Source: Lepidodermella squamata (taxonomy: Eukaryota; Animalia; Gastrotricha). Taken from it: DNA of 64,000 nt. The notes beneath the pieces were generated by a model that made no database searches, was not told where the DNA came from, and was given only the letters and a program-made list of their open reading frames with translations. Where the stretch lies: the NCBI GenBank assembly GCA_047495785.1, contig JBLDXI010000015.1, forward strand, positions 2,542,001 through 2,606,000, written 5' to 3'. Below are positions 35,964 through 49,045 of the stretch, one piece after another (within the stretch, counting starts at the first letter, position 1; every line of letters begins with the position of its first letter). Made by a program: the position numbers and the translations under genes.

Positions 35964-38623
35964 ATGAGAATAATTCTGGCTGTTTTAGCAATTGGGCTTG
36001 TTGCTTGCGCCCGAGCTGAGCCAGAAGAAGAGACGCGGTCGGATTTCCGAAAGCTGTCCGACAAAATCGTAGAAAAAATCATCCTCAGCCCGAATGGCGA
36101 GTTGGACATGGAAGCGCTCGAAGATCTAGCCATCCAGCTCATCGAACTCAACGAACGCGCCGCTGTTTTGAAGGGCCGTAGTAAGCAGAAGTCGGCCGTA
36201 GATCACCACGGCGGTCATCAGTCGTACGAAGCTGTCGAGCGGTCGTCGCCGTCGAAATTGGCCCTCAACGACTATTTGACTATCAATAAGCCACCGACGA
36301 GTCTCGGCCCGTTTGTCAGTGCAGGGTGTGATATTTGCGCGTCTGTCGTTGCGATCGGAGGTCGTATTGCGGCAATCGAAGCTGTTTGGCCGCGCATCAT
36401 TGACCTGGCGAAGCGGCTATGCCCACGGATTACTGGCGGTTTTTCTAAGTACTCCTGCGATGGATATGTCGACTCGTTTGACGTAAGTAAACAACCATAC
36501 GTGTTTATAATTAAGTATTCTCGCATTATTATTACACGAGAGCAGTGTGCGCGTGCTTCAGATTATATTACATCAAACACACTGTAATTTTCACATGGGG
36601 ATGTAGCTCAGTGGTAGAGCGCTTGCTTTGCATGTAAGATGTCCCGGGTTCAAACCCCGGCATCTCCAACTTTTTATGTTTTATTTTTTTTATTTTTATT
36701 TTTTATTTCATCCAACTAATTTCTAACTCTTATATTTTTTACGCAGCCTATTGTCAAGTATATTCTGCCGACCGTTATCAAGGCGCCCTACACTGCTTGC
36801 GATATGGTTCTCGGCTTCCTGGGCTGCGGTACCCCAGATCGCAATCATTATCTATGGGAAGTCCCTCTACCCGACCCGCTCGCGGAGGAAGTCCCACAAA
36901 TGACAGTCGATCCCGCGCCGACCAAGGACAAATTAACTGTCCTGCACATGACCGACATCCATATCGACCCTGAGTACAAGCCCGGCAGCCCGGCGCATTG
37001 CTTGGAGCCGATGTGCTGCCGTGAGGCGTCTACTCCTAATATTCCAGAAAGTGAGAAAAATCAACGCATTATATGAATTGAAGTGCTAACTTGCTAATAT
37101 TTTTAAAGATGGAACTTGGTCAGAGTCTGGAAACGCCGGTTATTGGAGCGACTATCGAGCCTGCGATACCCCGACTTGGACTTTTGAAGAATTGCTGCGA
37201 GATGCGAATGAGCAGCATGGAAAAGATGTATAAAATCGAGATTTGCACTACCTTTCAAAAAATTTATTTATTAATTTATTATAGATTGATATGGTCTTCA
37301 TTGCTGGCGATTTGCCGCCGCATGATACCTGGAACCAAACAGCTAAAGTTCACAGTGAAATTATCGATTTCGTCGCTGATGCTCTGGATAAGAAACTACC
37401 CGGAAAACCTGTTTATTTCGCTGTTGGAAATCACGAAGTTGCCCCTGTTAACACGTATAAACAATCGCAAAATATCCGCTGAATTTTTGAAAATTTTAAC
37501 ATTGTTAGGTACACCCTATCTGAGGCCGATGAGGCGGCTTTCCCATCTCAATGGCTTTTCGATAAATTCTCATCTGTTTGGACCAAATGGCTGCCGGATG
37601 GTTTCGATACTACGACCATCAAAAAGTGACAGCATAAAATTTTCCCTGGCATTTATCTTTAATTTTCCAATTTCAGGGCCGGATTTTACACCACCGTCCT
37701 TAAGCCTGGATGGCGATTGATTTCCATGAACGACAACTACTGCTTGTCGCAAAATTTGTGAGTCACTAAATTCGCTGGAACCCGAGAATTTCACGATTTT
37801 TTCTATTTTTTCAGCTTGCTTTTCGGCCCATCTTACGCTCCTGATCCACAGGGCCTTCTCAAATTTCTCGTAGACACCCTAACAGAGGCCGAGAAGAAGG
37901 GCGAACGCGTTCAAATCCTAGGCCACATTCCGCCAGGTGACGACGATTGCCTGCAGACGTGGAGCTGGAACTACTATCGCATCATCAGCCGTTTCGGACA
38001 CATTATCACCGGCCAATTTTTCGGCCACATCCACCGCGATTATTTCACTATGTACTACGACGATGAAACCCTGAATGTGCCAAAGGGCGTCGCTTTCGTC
38101 GGCCCACCTGGCACTACCTTTGCCCGCAACAACATTGCCTATCGTTTGTACGAGTTCGATTCGAAAACTTACGTAAGTTGAAATTATTTTAAGGAGGATT
38201 TATTAATTTTTGTAATTTTTACAGCAAATGTTGGACTACAAAACTTTCTACGCCGATATTGATGCGGAGAACAAGAAGGGTGACAAGACAAAGATGACCT
38301 GGATGCAGGAATATTCCGCGAAGGAGGCCTACGGTCTGCCAGACCTCAGCCCGAAGTCTTGGAGCGATTTCGTGAAGAAAATGCAAAGCGATCGGCCGTT
38401 GTTCAACACTTATCGCAAGCATTTCACCGTTAGCCTGAATGATCAAACCGAGCCATGCGGTATTGAATGCCGACGACTGAGGTTGTGCGAGATTTACCAG
38501 GGCTTCTCGCAGGTTCCGGAAAACTGGTGTGAGCGCTTTTTCCCGCGGGATCCGAAGCCAGCTGATGATCCGTCAATTCGGAAGTGCTCGGCCCGATTCA
38601 TTCGCCGCCCGGACATCGTCTAG
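35964..38623 (+). CDS. SMPD1: Acid sphingomyelinase-like, paralog 2
   Basis: Signal peptide, saposin domain, and DIHID, GDLPPH, GNHE, ILGHIPPG and FFGHIH. Collinear with paralog 1. Confidence 0.93.
36597..36668 (+). tRNA. tRNA-Ala(TGC), inside intron 1 (36483-36746) of SMPD1 paralog 2
   Basis: Cloverleaf with acceptor GGGGATG/CATCTCC containing the G3:U70 pair, anticodon TGC and an oligo-T terminator. Confidence 0.96.
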
Positions 38624-39979
38624 ATGCGTCTACGATCACTTGACTTTAAAATTAATTTGATTTTTTGAGAAATTCCAGGTATTAACGAGAATGAATAAAT
38701 ATGGTTGCTACTGACGCTTCTCCTTGACAACAAGGTCATTGTTAAAGAGATAAAAGGTGTTGTCGCTACCTGGAGGTTTATTAAAGAATAGGCGAAACAT
38801 AAAAGCGTCGCTAAAAATAGCCAGCGCATAAAACAAAGGTGGTCATCCAGCGATGAGCGCGGCGTATATTGTCTTGCGAGCATACCGCCGTTACAAGTGT
38901 TATCCTCGCTCACAGCACTCTCAGCAGCAATGAAGAAAAATAACGCTGTGCGACGACGGTGGTTTTTGCTGCGCGTTAAAGATGCGCCGCTATCTAGGTC
39001 ACGCACACTTTCAGCAGCAGCAGATGACTATCTATAATAGTGATGGTAATAAATAATACTGGCCGAGCGACCTACGCGCGCCTTCATATTACACACAGGC
39101 GTGTTTTTATGCGTGCTTTCTGTGCGACCCAAGATAAGAAAAGTATTGTGGCTCCGTTATTACAACGTTACGTACGCCTTTTCGTGCGATAAATATGCAC
39201 ACAGGTTTACAGGTAAATTTGTTTGTTCGGTAACGACAGAGAACTGTATCTTTACCTCCATGACTTTCGATAACAATTTTTGTTCTTTCACCGCAACACA
39301 ATTCACGCGAAATAAGTTCTTATTTCTTGCGAATTTTCGTAATCTCCAAGTCAAGATTATTTTTTAAATTTTATTATTGCTTAGTTGACGGTTGATTGAG
39401 GAGGACGTAGCGTAAAACAATTAAATTTTGATAATTGTTGGTCAATTGTTCATTTTTTAGTTTTAACCGCACTTATTATCACGTTTTCCTATCGACGTGA
39501 CGTGCTTTTTGCCCGGCTGACTTGCTTTATACTTGTTTATTTGATAACATTTAAAAAAAGTTGAATAGTTCCAAGAAGACCATATGTCGCATCTTTTCAT
39601 TATAACCAATGCCACGAATCTTTGAGGTACCTTGTTACTATTGAAAAAATTGTGCTGGGTTTATTTTCCCCCTCATTTTTCGAATTTAATATTTAAAAAT
39701 TAAAATTAAAAATGATGCCGTCTTCTTTTTGAAAAAATTCTCCTTAAACTGTGGAAATTGATTTTTTAAATTTTGTATCAGGTAAATCTGATTTATTGCG
39801 CACTTTCTCTTTGTTTGCCTCGATTGAGTCACCCTTAGCAACGACTTGTTTACTACGCACCACTACATCGCTGAAATAAACAATTTTATTATTTTTAATC
39901 AATATTTATAGAAGAAATGAAAAACCTCGGACGAGATTTTTCATAATTTTTAGACATCAGTGTTTCGCGACATTTTCTT

Positions 39980-41704
39980 ATGGATCATCATCACCACGAT
40001 CACAGCCAGCACGTACCGGCCGCTCCCTTGCCTCAGCCTGCTGATCAAGCCTTGGTTAACGTCCCATATCCAATACAACCGAACCCTTATGTTGTCCCGA
40101 CCGACAATAACGGTGCAACTGTATTTTACTACGGAACTCCGCCTTTAATTAAAAAGACAGGTGGCACAGCTTTTATCGGTCATTTACTTCCCGGGTCTTT
40201 TTTCATCGTGTTTTCATTATGGTGGATCGTCTGCACTTTTCAACGATACAAAAAATGCGTGAAAAATGGACGAACTTTCCGCGCATCAGCCAGTTATCAG
40301 TTGGCGTTGTCGAAAAATCAATCCGGCGACATGCGAGCTCCTTATTTTCTTGTCGATGGGGTCGTTAGACGATTCCTAAATTGTTGCTGTTGCTGTTGCT
40401 GCATTATTTTTACTCGTTTACCTATCGAAGGAGGAGTAAAATTGCTGGCAGCTGTGATAGGGACTCTAGGAGAATTAGCCACTGGTTGGGACTATGGAAT
40501 GCAACGATTCAGGCCTACAGGAACGCAGCACGTTACCATGTACCTGCTTTACGGCGTTTCTGGGCTTTGCGATGTTCTGGTCTATTTTCAAGCCTATTTC
40601 GCTCCTCGGAATCTAGATTACAGTAAGCCTTAATTTTCCATTTTTTTTCTTGCTGCCGCTACGCTGTCCAAATTTTAATCTTAATTTTTTTAAAGCATTC
40701 GCAAATGAGCCCATTTATGTCCCTAAAATTCCCAAATTTTCTCTTTTTTTTAGTATTTTCATACATAAACTCGAAAATGTCCGTAATTTTCTATTTTTAT
40801 TGTTATGGCTGATTTTTGCCATAAAACACCAGGTGTTACCTTTATTTTGATAAGAGCTGATAAAGGAATATTAGAATTCTCCAGAAAACGTGACTGTAAA
40901 ATTGTGTGCACACTTTTCTTGTTGACACATGTTTTATAAATAAGGTTTTGCATTTGTCACGCAGCCCTAGTGGCCTAATGGCAAGGCGTCGGCCTCCTAA
41001 GCCGAAGATTGTGGGTTCGAGTCCCACCTGGGGTGCAATATTTTTTTTTATTTTTATTTTTTATTTTTTATTTAGCCGGTCTAGCATTTGCTGTCGGTGG
41101 CGAGGCGCTCTTACTCTACCTCCACGCGCCTCATGGTGATGGCGGGGGTCATGGAGGTCACGCTATAGTCGAAAATTCCTGCCACCAATTGTTATTCTAC
41201 GCCGTCGCTGCTTGTTTCCTACTGATTTTAATCGAACAGATAATGCCTGAGTCTCTTTTGGTCACCCTGGCAAGGTCTTACGCTCTTCTTCTCCACGGAA
41301 CTTGGTTTGTCGCGGTAAGCTTAAAATTAAAAAAAAAATTAAAATTTTGTAATTAATTTTGCAATTTTTAGACTGGCTGTATTTTGGCACCGCCATGGGC
41401 TAGCCAACCCGAATGGGATCTGAACAATATGGAAAATGTCATGTACATAGTCGCGATTTTCTGCTGGGTCAGCATGGGTTTATTCGTTTTTATCCTCGTA
41501 ATTGGCGCCGTTATTCTAAGACCCGTCCGTGAACAGCTGCATCTGAATCATTTCAAATCTCAAAATTCTGAAAATGGAAGCGTTCATTCGAATGGGAAAG
41601 TCGGTAACGGGGGTTATGCGTACAAGAACTTACCATTAAATAACAGCAATGATCACTCTGGCAGCTCTCAAAGCTTACTAACGATTCATACAGATTCCAA
41701 TTAA
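39980..41704 (+). CDS. TMEM45: Transmembrane protein 45 (DUF716 family)
   Basis: Motifs GHLLPGSFFIVFSLWW, QHVTMY, HQLL and GTWF. Introns 40623-41075 and ~41315-41371. Confidence 0.9.
40964..41035 (+). tRNA. tRNA-Arg(CCT), inside the TMEM45 intron
   Basis: Cloverleaf with acceptor GCCCTAG/CTGGGGT, anticodon arm TCGGC-CT CCT AA-GCCGA and T-loop TTCGAGT. Confidence 0.96.
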
Positions 41705-41803
41705 TCGATTTGCTTATTTCGCCTTGAATCTGTCCACATATAAATAAATTATTTTTTCCGAGAACGGGAACGATGAATAAAATTGTTTTATTTCCGAATA
41801 TTC

Positions 41804-42957
41804 TCAAGTGCCTCGTGAGAATAATTTGTTGAAAATTAGCGTCACTAACAGGCCAGCTGATACGAAGATGGGTAAGGTGAGGTCGCTGCGTATTGAAGAC
41901 CAAGATTTGTTGCAAAAATCGTGGTTGCAAAAACATAGCTCGCCGGTTGCTGGTCGAGACTCAGGGAAGCAGACTAGCGCCTGAAAAAATAATTATTATG
42001 TAATGCAAAATTATTTTATTTTTGTGAACTTACTATTGGCATTTTTATCGTGAGGTTGTTCGAACAAGTTCGACGGAAGTATTGAACGCCGCCGGGCAGT
42101 AATCTGTGCCATTTAACGCAATAACCCTCGAAGCAGCTGATTTGAGGTATTACACTGGTGGCCTGGACATTGGAATTGATGCCGACGTGGCCTGGCAGGT
42201 GGACGTGGCTGCCGTGGCCCGGCGGTAGCTTGTCAAACGGATCTGCACACCTGTCAGTACCGTCCCACGTCTCGCAGTCGTAACATTGAAAAGCTGGAAA
42301 AAATTGAATTTTTTGAACTCCAATAAAATATTCAAAACAGGAATAAAAAATGGGCGTTAAATTCCAATTTTTGAATATTTTAATTTTTAATCGAAACCTG
42401 AAAAATCTGAAAAATCAAAAATCACTTTGAAAAATCTGGCTGTCTAAATAAATAAATAAATAAATAAATAAATATGCCTTCTCGAATTTGAAAACCGTTT
42501 TCTAAATTTCTCACAAATTCTTGAAAATTCTTGAATTTCACAATGCTGAATACCATGCATATGCAAATGAGCGTTCAAAATTACCCTCAAATTTGAAGAG
42601 CGTTGAATTGTCAAAAATCAGGTAAAAATACCGAAATTCTCAAAATTCGAAGGAGAAAAAAATCAAATAGGGGTAAATTTCAGCAAAATCTGAATTCTAC
42701 CTCAGAAAAAAACAGGACTTAGCGCCAAGATAAACTTCGTTACGGTAGCCAAGGATAAAAAAATTATGTTAAAACGTTCTTAATAATTAATAATGGAATT
42801 TATTTTAATTCTTGAAGTGAAAATACAACCAATGATTGAAATTAAAAAAATTACTTGAAGGGCATTCAGAGTCAGTATCAGCAGCTCGGACGATGCCGGT
42901 TTGAGCTTGCAATAAAATTATCGAAACAGGTAAAATTACTGCATAACCAGGCGGCAT
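41804..42957 (-). CDS. Quiver/Sleepless-like Ly6 (three-finger) GPI-anchored protein
   Basis: Three exons, not shown in the ORF track in the correct frame. Signal peptide, then FQCYDC...CADPF...CFEGYCVKW...RRTC...VC...LCFCNHDFCN and a hydrophobic tail. Confidence 0.88.
42445..42474 (+). repeat. (TAAA)n microsatellite, intronic
   Basis: About 7 tandem TAAA units. Confidence 0.9.
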
Positions 42958-43919
42958 TTTCCTAACATACGAAGATGTAGAAACTGCAAAAATATTCTGG
43001 CATTAACGAAGCAGGATATAGCAAAATCGCTTATGGCGAGTGCTTATTCGTATTTTTCTTAACAAATCATCGATGAATGCTTCTGGCTCCACTATTCAGG
43101 AACTGTTACGCGGTAGCAGTGATGATAATAGCCCACATGGAGCGCCGAACGCACAGCAGCAAACCACCGGTGGTACCTTATTATATACAAAATATCCAGT
43201 CTGCTACCAATATTATAGCACACGCGAGTTTTTTGGCGATAATAACGTAATATAGCTTTATCAAAAAGATGCAATAAATCACGCGTTCATGTAAATACTG
43301 GGTAAAAAATGCACTTTAATCTGTTAAAAATGTTGAGAAAAATCAAATTCACTGCTCAATAGAGTTTGCCTAACCTAAATAAGTGTGATGCCGAAAAATC
43401 GTAATTTCCTGATTTGAGAAGTATTCGATATTAATAGGCTGTACAAAATAACACAGGGCCGCGCGAAATCAATAAAATTAGACTTCACGCATTTCAATTT
43501 ACTTCGTTTATTTTGTTCATCATTATTTAATCACCGAGAGTGACCCACTGAAATGGGTAACACATCGAAAACAGCAATACAACAAATTATTAACAGTATC
43601 ATATCTATAAAAGATCACTGATCAAATAAAATCAAGCTAATTGATCATTGTCATCGGTTGAATAGTAAAGATCACATGGAAGAAACTTTTGACATTTTTT
43701 CTTTCACTCAAATTACACTCCGAGAAGAAACCAGCCCAGTTCATCTACGACGAACCGCTTGGCAAGACGTGGGTTCGGAAAGAAGGTATTACAACTTTAA
43801 AAATTATTGATTATAATTGACACATGAGCAAATATTTATCGACATGAATGAATAAATTAAATAGAAAAATCGAGATTTTAGTTCGAATATTTTCCGAAAA
43901 CAGTAGTTTGACTATTAAA

Positions 43920-46041
43920 TTAGCAAGTCGGGCCGAATTCTTCCAGTAACTTTCGCTGCTCGTGGACGCGTATCGATTTGTTGTGATGCTTTCCGTTTGT
44001 ATGAGGCTCAGCAGTTGTCGAACTTTGAAACTAAAATAAAAAAATTTAAAATATTTCTGGAATCTGGAAAAATTTCAAAAAATTTAAAAAATTAGAAAAT
44101 TTAGGCAAATTTTTAAAAAATTTTAAAATTAAAAAAAAATGGATTTTTCCAGGTCATAAGGGGTCATGCGACATAAAATACCTGAATAGCTGAAACCTCC
44201 GAGTCTCCAGAAAAAGTATTTCGCAATTTTCTATTTTCGATCATTTTCTCCAGGCCAAAACCGGTTTCTAACGAATGTCTCGCTTCGAAATTTTCCTGAG
44301 ATTCTTTGTCGTTTTTCTCGTTCAAGTGATTAATAGCCAAACTCGCACTGCGGCTTCGATTCGATCTAGGCGTCTCAGAATGCTTGCGACAATGTTTGCC
44401 CGAGCAGCAGTTGGCGATCGAAGTTGAAACTTCAATCAGCAATCTGTAGAGTTCACGGCGGAAAAGTGCGCCGAACAGACAGTAGAAAAACCCAGCAGCG
44501 TTGTTAACGTACTGCGCTAGGTTCAACACGGTCCACATGACGTAGAAGGCCATGTTGCGGCGAGCGTCGTTCTCCGGCATTTGCCGCCTTACCACGATGT
44601 AAAGGGACACGGGTAGCGTGAAGGCGAAGAATGAAAGCGAGCACGCGAACATGGTCATTGTAGTTCCGGATAGCATTCGGCCTTGAACTGAAGCTGCGTT
44701 AGCGTTTGGCGTTGCGGCTGACACGAATTCATCGCCGCGAAGAATCAAGCGGCCAGCGATAAGAGCTGAAAGAGCATATTGAGTTAGTTCGGGTTAAATG
44801 TCCCAAAAATTAGGTTGCGCAACCATTTAGTAATTTCAATTTTTTTAAGGAAATTTAACTAATTATCTGAAGTTAAGCCCACTGGAAGAATTATCTTCAA
44901 AATATTTAAAATTGAACTACAAATTGGAGAGATTGAAATTTTAAAATCTGAACTTAATTACCATTAAGAATGAGCATGACTAGGAAAGGAGCGAAGCAGA
45001 AAATAGTCAAGTGAACAACAGGCCAGATGTTGTCGTGAAAGTGCGCGTACGACCGCTTCGAATCGCAAACCACTTCCGTCAGCGTTTTAGTAGTGTTAGC
45101 TTCCTGAGCGTTCGGTACGTAGTTGCTAGGCAACGGACCGCCGACACGCTCGATCTCTTGTGCCTCGACTGTCATCAACAGCTGGCTGTTGTAGGTCACC
45201 TGGATCAGCAACAAGACGGAAGCCATTAGCTTAGCTGTTCGAACAGTGCAAAGTTTAAAAGTTTGCTGCGGAAACCAGACGGATAAAAATCGCTCAAGTG
45301 TGACTAGGACCAAGGTCCAAGATGTGAAGTGCAGGAAGGTGTACAGTAGAAACACCTGAATCTATAAACAGAAAACTTGTCAAGAGCAGAAAAATCGATA
45401 TTACTCGTGTTTACTTACTTGACACGCGTAGGGTATGCTGGTTCGAAGGAGATCAGCTTTCATCTCGTATTCAATTAATTTTGGCAAAAGTCCGAGAAAT
45501 AAAACCACAATGTTTGAAACAGCGAGTAAGCTCAGCAGAAATGAAGTTGCGTAAGGCCGGAGTGCCTACAATTTCAAAATTAAATAAAAAAATTAAAAGA
45601 TACTAGGTCATCTAACCTTCCGCCGAAAGACTGAATATGTAAGAATATTTCCTATTGTACCACCAAATAGCAAAATGCAACCTAAAAGTGCAAAAAGTAT
45701 AAATGAATAATTAAAAATTTAATTTAAATATAATTTAAAATAAATTTAATTTAAAGGAAAAATTATTTAAACATTTCAAAAATTTGATAAAAAATTTGAA
45801 TATTTCCAATAAATTTACCTATCGTAAGTTTAGAAACCCGTAGCCACTCGACAAGTTTTGATGCGAATTCAGCTTTCAGCTCTTCCTCGTAAAATCTCTC
45901 GTTGTTGAGTTGATCGAGGGCGGAGTAGAGCTCATCATCCTGAGCCGGTGGGGTGATGGCATTCGCCGCTTGTTTTGCGTGTCTAGCGGCCAACGCTGCG
46001 ACCATTACGGCCTGCTCATCCATCGAGCTCATCATATTCAT
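43920..46041 (-). CDS. Class A (rhodopsin-like) peptide GPCR, FMRFamide-receptor/GPR139-like group
   Basis: Multi-exon. Motifs GTIGNIL (TM1), LAVSN (TM2), SWTLVLVTLERFLSVWFP (TM3), FTLP (TM6) and FRREL (helix 8). Confidence 0.88.
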
Positions 46042-47763
46042 TTTATTGAAATCATCCGATGAAACGCTAAGAGTGGAGATCTAAAAAAAATGAGGAGGAT
46101 GAAGTAATTTGGAGTTTATGGCTGAATGCTGATAGCTGATTATCGCTGCTTGAGGTCAGAAAAAAACCTGGTAAAAGAGAGTTTAGAGACCGCTCGCTGC
46201 ACGTGAGTGGTGAATGATTCTCAAGTATTAGGTATCTTTCGCCATCAACATCCATCAGCCAAGTCGTCATTAGCGGGCGAGACCAACAGCGCACTCATAG
46301 ACACAAGCTTCCGCTCAATAGCGCGCGTGCGTGAGAAAATCGCAAAAAGTGCGCGCGCACACACAGGTGCACTCATCATCATCTCGTTCCGTTTCAGATC
46401 GCGTTTTTTTCCTCTCCACTCTCAGCGCACATTTTATATATGCCTACAAGATAATTATTCTACTGCACCTTCGAACATCGTTGAGATGGAGCGTAGTTTC
46501 TTCTTAATATAATATGGCACTAATATTGAAGAAAATTCGTGTCACATATTTACTATACTCGCTTGAATATTTAGTGACACTGCATATAGTCGTGGAAGGG
46601 CGAGAAAAAACCGCGCAATCAATAAAACAAGCTCCGGCTATGTCAACTGAAAGAAATTCGTGACTAAGCTTTAAAACATAAAAAATGTTATCAAAACAAT
46701 GTCCCTCTAGGATTTTCTTGTTTTGAACCCAGCTGACCGTTTAACCCAGAGTTTCCTTGGCAAGTCTAACCGAGGCTTAAAGATTAATCCTAGAACAGGA
46801 TTTCGTTCACAGGAAAAATGAGAATAAAACATGAGCCGTGCTGTAGATGTTTATGCGTCTGCGAAGATTGATTTTTACAGCCATTAAGCCTATGCACTGC
46901 GAACTCAAAAGGGGCGCGAATGATGTGGCAGGCTCGTGCGAACTCGTGGGATTATGCATTCGTGCAGCACAAGCCCATCATCTAATACTGCAGTAATGAT
47001 GATAATATCAAATAATATGAAACAGAGAAAAAACACAATATTTGCCCCCATATATCTTTCAACCCTAAATTATGGCTTGAAAGTAGGATTGTTTTTTTTG
47101 GCAGAACGCAAGTGCGCCTGCAAAGCAAACACGAAATATGCAATTTAGATTACCATAATTATGGCGGGTTTATGGGTTTAGCTAATCTAAACCTGAACAT
47201 GTGTGTCTGGAGATAAATATCGTGAATTTTTCTTTAATTGGGAACTAAATTCAATTTTACTTCATCGCATAAATCAAACTAGGCAATGCGTATCAGTTCT
47301 AAAAAATTTGGCAGGGATTATATTATGCGAGATTTAGATTGATTGCGACCGCAAATTGCCTGGGGCTCGAATTTTGCCGCTTGGCCGGTCAATCATATAA
47401 TTGCTATTTGCCAACAATCAAATTTATTCTAATAATATAGCGCTGAAATATTGTGTGATGAATGCTGATTGCTGATTATTTAACTATATATCCATCGATA
47501 TAGTCCACGCTGAATGAAACTCGTAAGGTATATGATATGCAGGACATATTTATCAGCGGTTTCTTTTTCACTGCAGAAAAAACTGTATCAGAAGCTCAAT
47601 ATTTGCGTCTCGTATTGATTATAAAACAAGAGCTTCACAAAAAAACGAATAAAAACAATAAGTCTCAGTCTGGTGAAATTGAATAACGAAATCAATATAC
47701 AAGCGATCTAAGTTTTCCTGGGAAAACATAAGAGATGTCCTTATATGTTCACATCGTCACTGG

Positions 47764-48752
47764 TTAATTAATATTCGCCCATATCCAGTCCCAGTACTCG
47801 GAAACCCTGAAAGGAAAAATCCTATATCGCTCTTAATATGAAAGGAATACTAACCTTGTCCAAACTCCAGGTTTCCTAACTTTGGCGCATCCGTAGCCCC
47901 AGGACGCTATGCCGACTTGAGTGTAGCTCCCATTTTTTCCAATTTGAACCAGAGGGCCTCCAGAGTCTCCGCGGCAAGCGTCTAAGATCAATTTGAAATC
48001 AATTTTCATACCATTTCGATTAATAAGACTTACCTACGCCTCCATGTGTCATGTTTCCTGTGCAAAGTTGGCCCGGAATCAAAAACTCCCTCGGATAGTA
48101 GACATAGTTGCATTCTTCGTTTCCCATGATCGGTAGTTGGACTTTTTGAAGAATATCAGAAACTGTTCCTCCCTCTACCGTATCTCCCCAGCCAATTGCT
48201 GTACCTGTCTCCTTATCCAACGATCCGTAATTCTTCGGTGGCAAGCAAACCGGTTGGACAAATTGGTTGAACTCGATAGTACTTTCAGTTTGAATCAACG
48301 CAATGTCGTTTTGTTGCGATAGGATTTGGTTGAAACTCCGGTGAATTATGATGCGTTGCACCTTCAGGCTCTCCCGGCCCTCCTGAGGATGCTGCAAGTT
48401 GTGCTCTCCGACTACAACTCGCCACATCCGGGTATCCTCGCGTCCGACAAAACAATGCGCGGCCGATAGGATCCAGCGATCGTTGATGATCGAACCGCCG
48501 CAAGCATGGTTTGGCTTTTGAAGGCTGACGATGAATGGGAACTCGTTAGGACGAGCGTCTTGACCTCCGACAATGTAAGGAGCCGATTTACCGCTGTATT
48601 TTGTGAGGCCACATGAGCCTTTCGGTGGGATGTTAGCTATACCACAGAGAGGCGCTGATGACGAAGGGTCGAAAAATTTATGACTTACCCGAGTTGAGGG
48701 CACTAACATTAACGCAGCAAAGGGTTAAAATGAAAAACTTCAGACCGATCAT
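47764..48752 (-). CDS. Trypsin-like serine protease (S1A)
   Basis: Signal peptide, IVGG, LSAAHC, NDIALI and [11 protein letters not shown], with three introns. Confidence 0.93.
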
Positions 48753-49045
48753 TTTGATAAATGAGTTGATCTTTTTATGGCGTGAGAGAGCTGGCTGGAG
48801 GGTTATCTTATCTGTATATTACAGGATCCTCAGTTAGTAGGACTGTTTTTCGCGATTATAACATCCCGCCACGAATTGTCTAGCCAACTAGTTTTCAGCT
48901 GCTCTACCGCAATGGCTGAGAGATTTAAGAAGACACGATTACGAAAGCCTCTCTTTTATTTGTTACATAGCCAAAGGCAACTCAATTGCATCAGAAAGGG
49001 TTGATAAAACACCGGATAATGTCTTGTTACTAAATTTCAGCGTTT

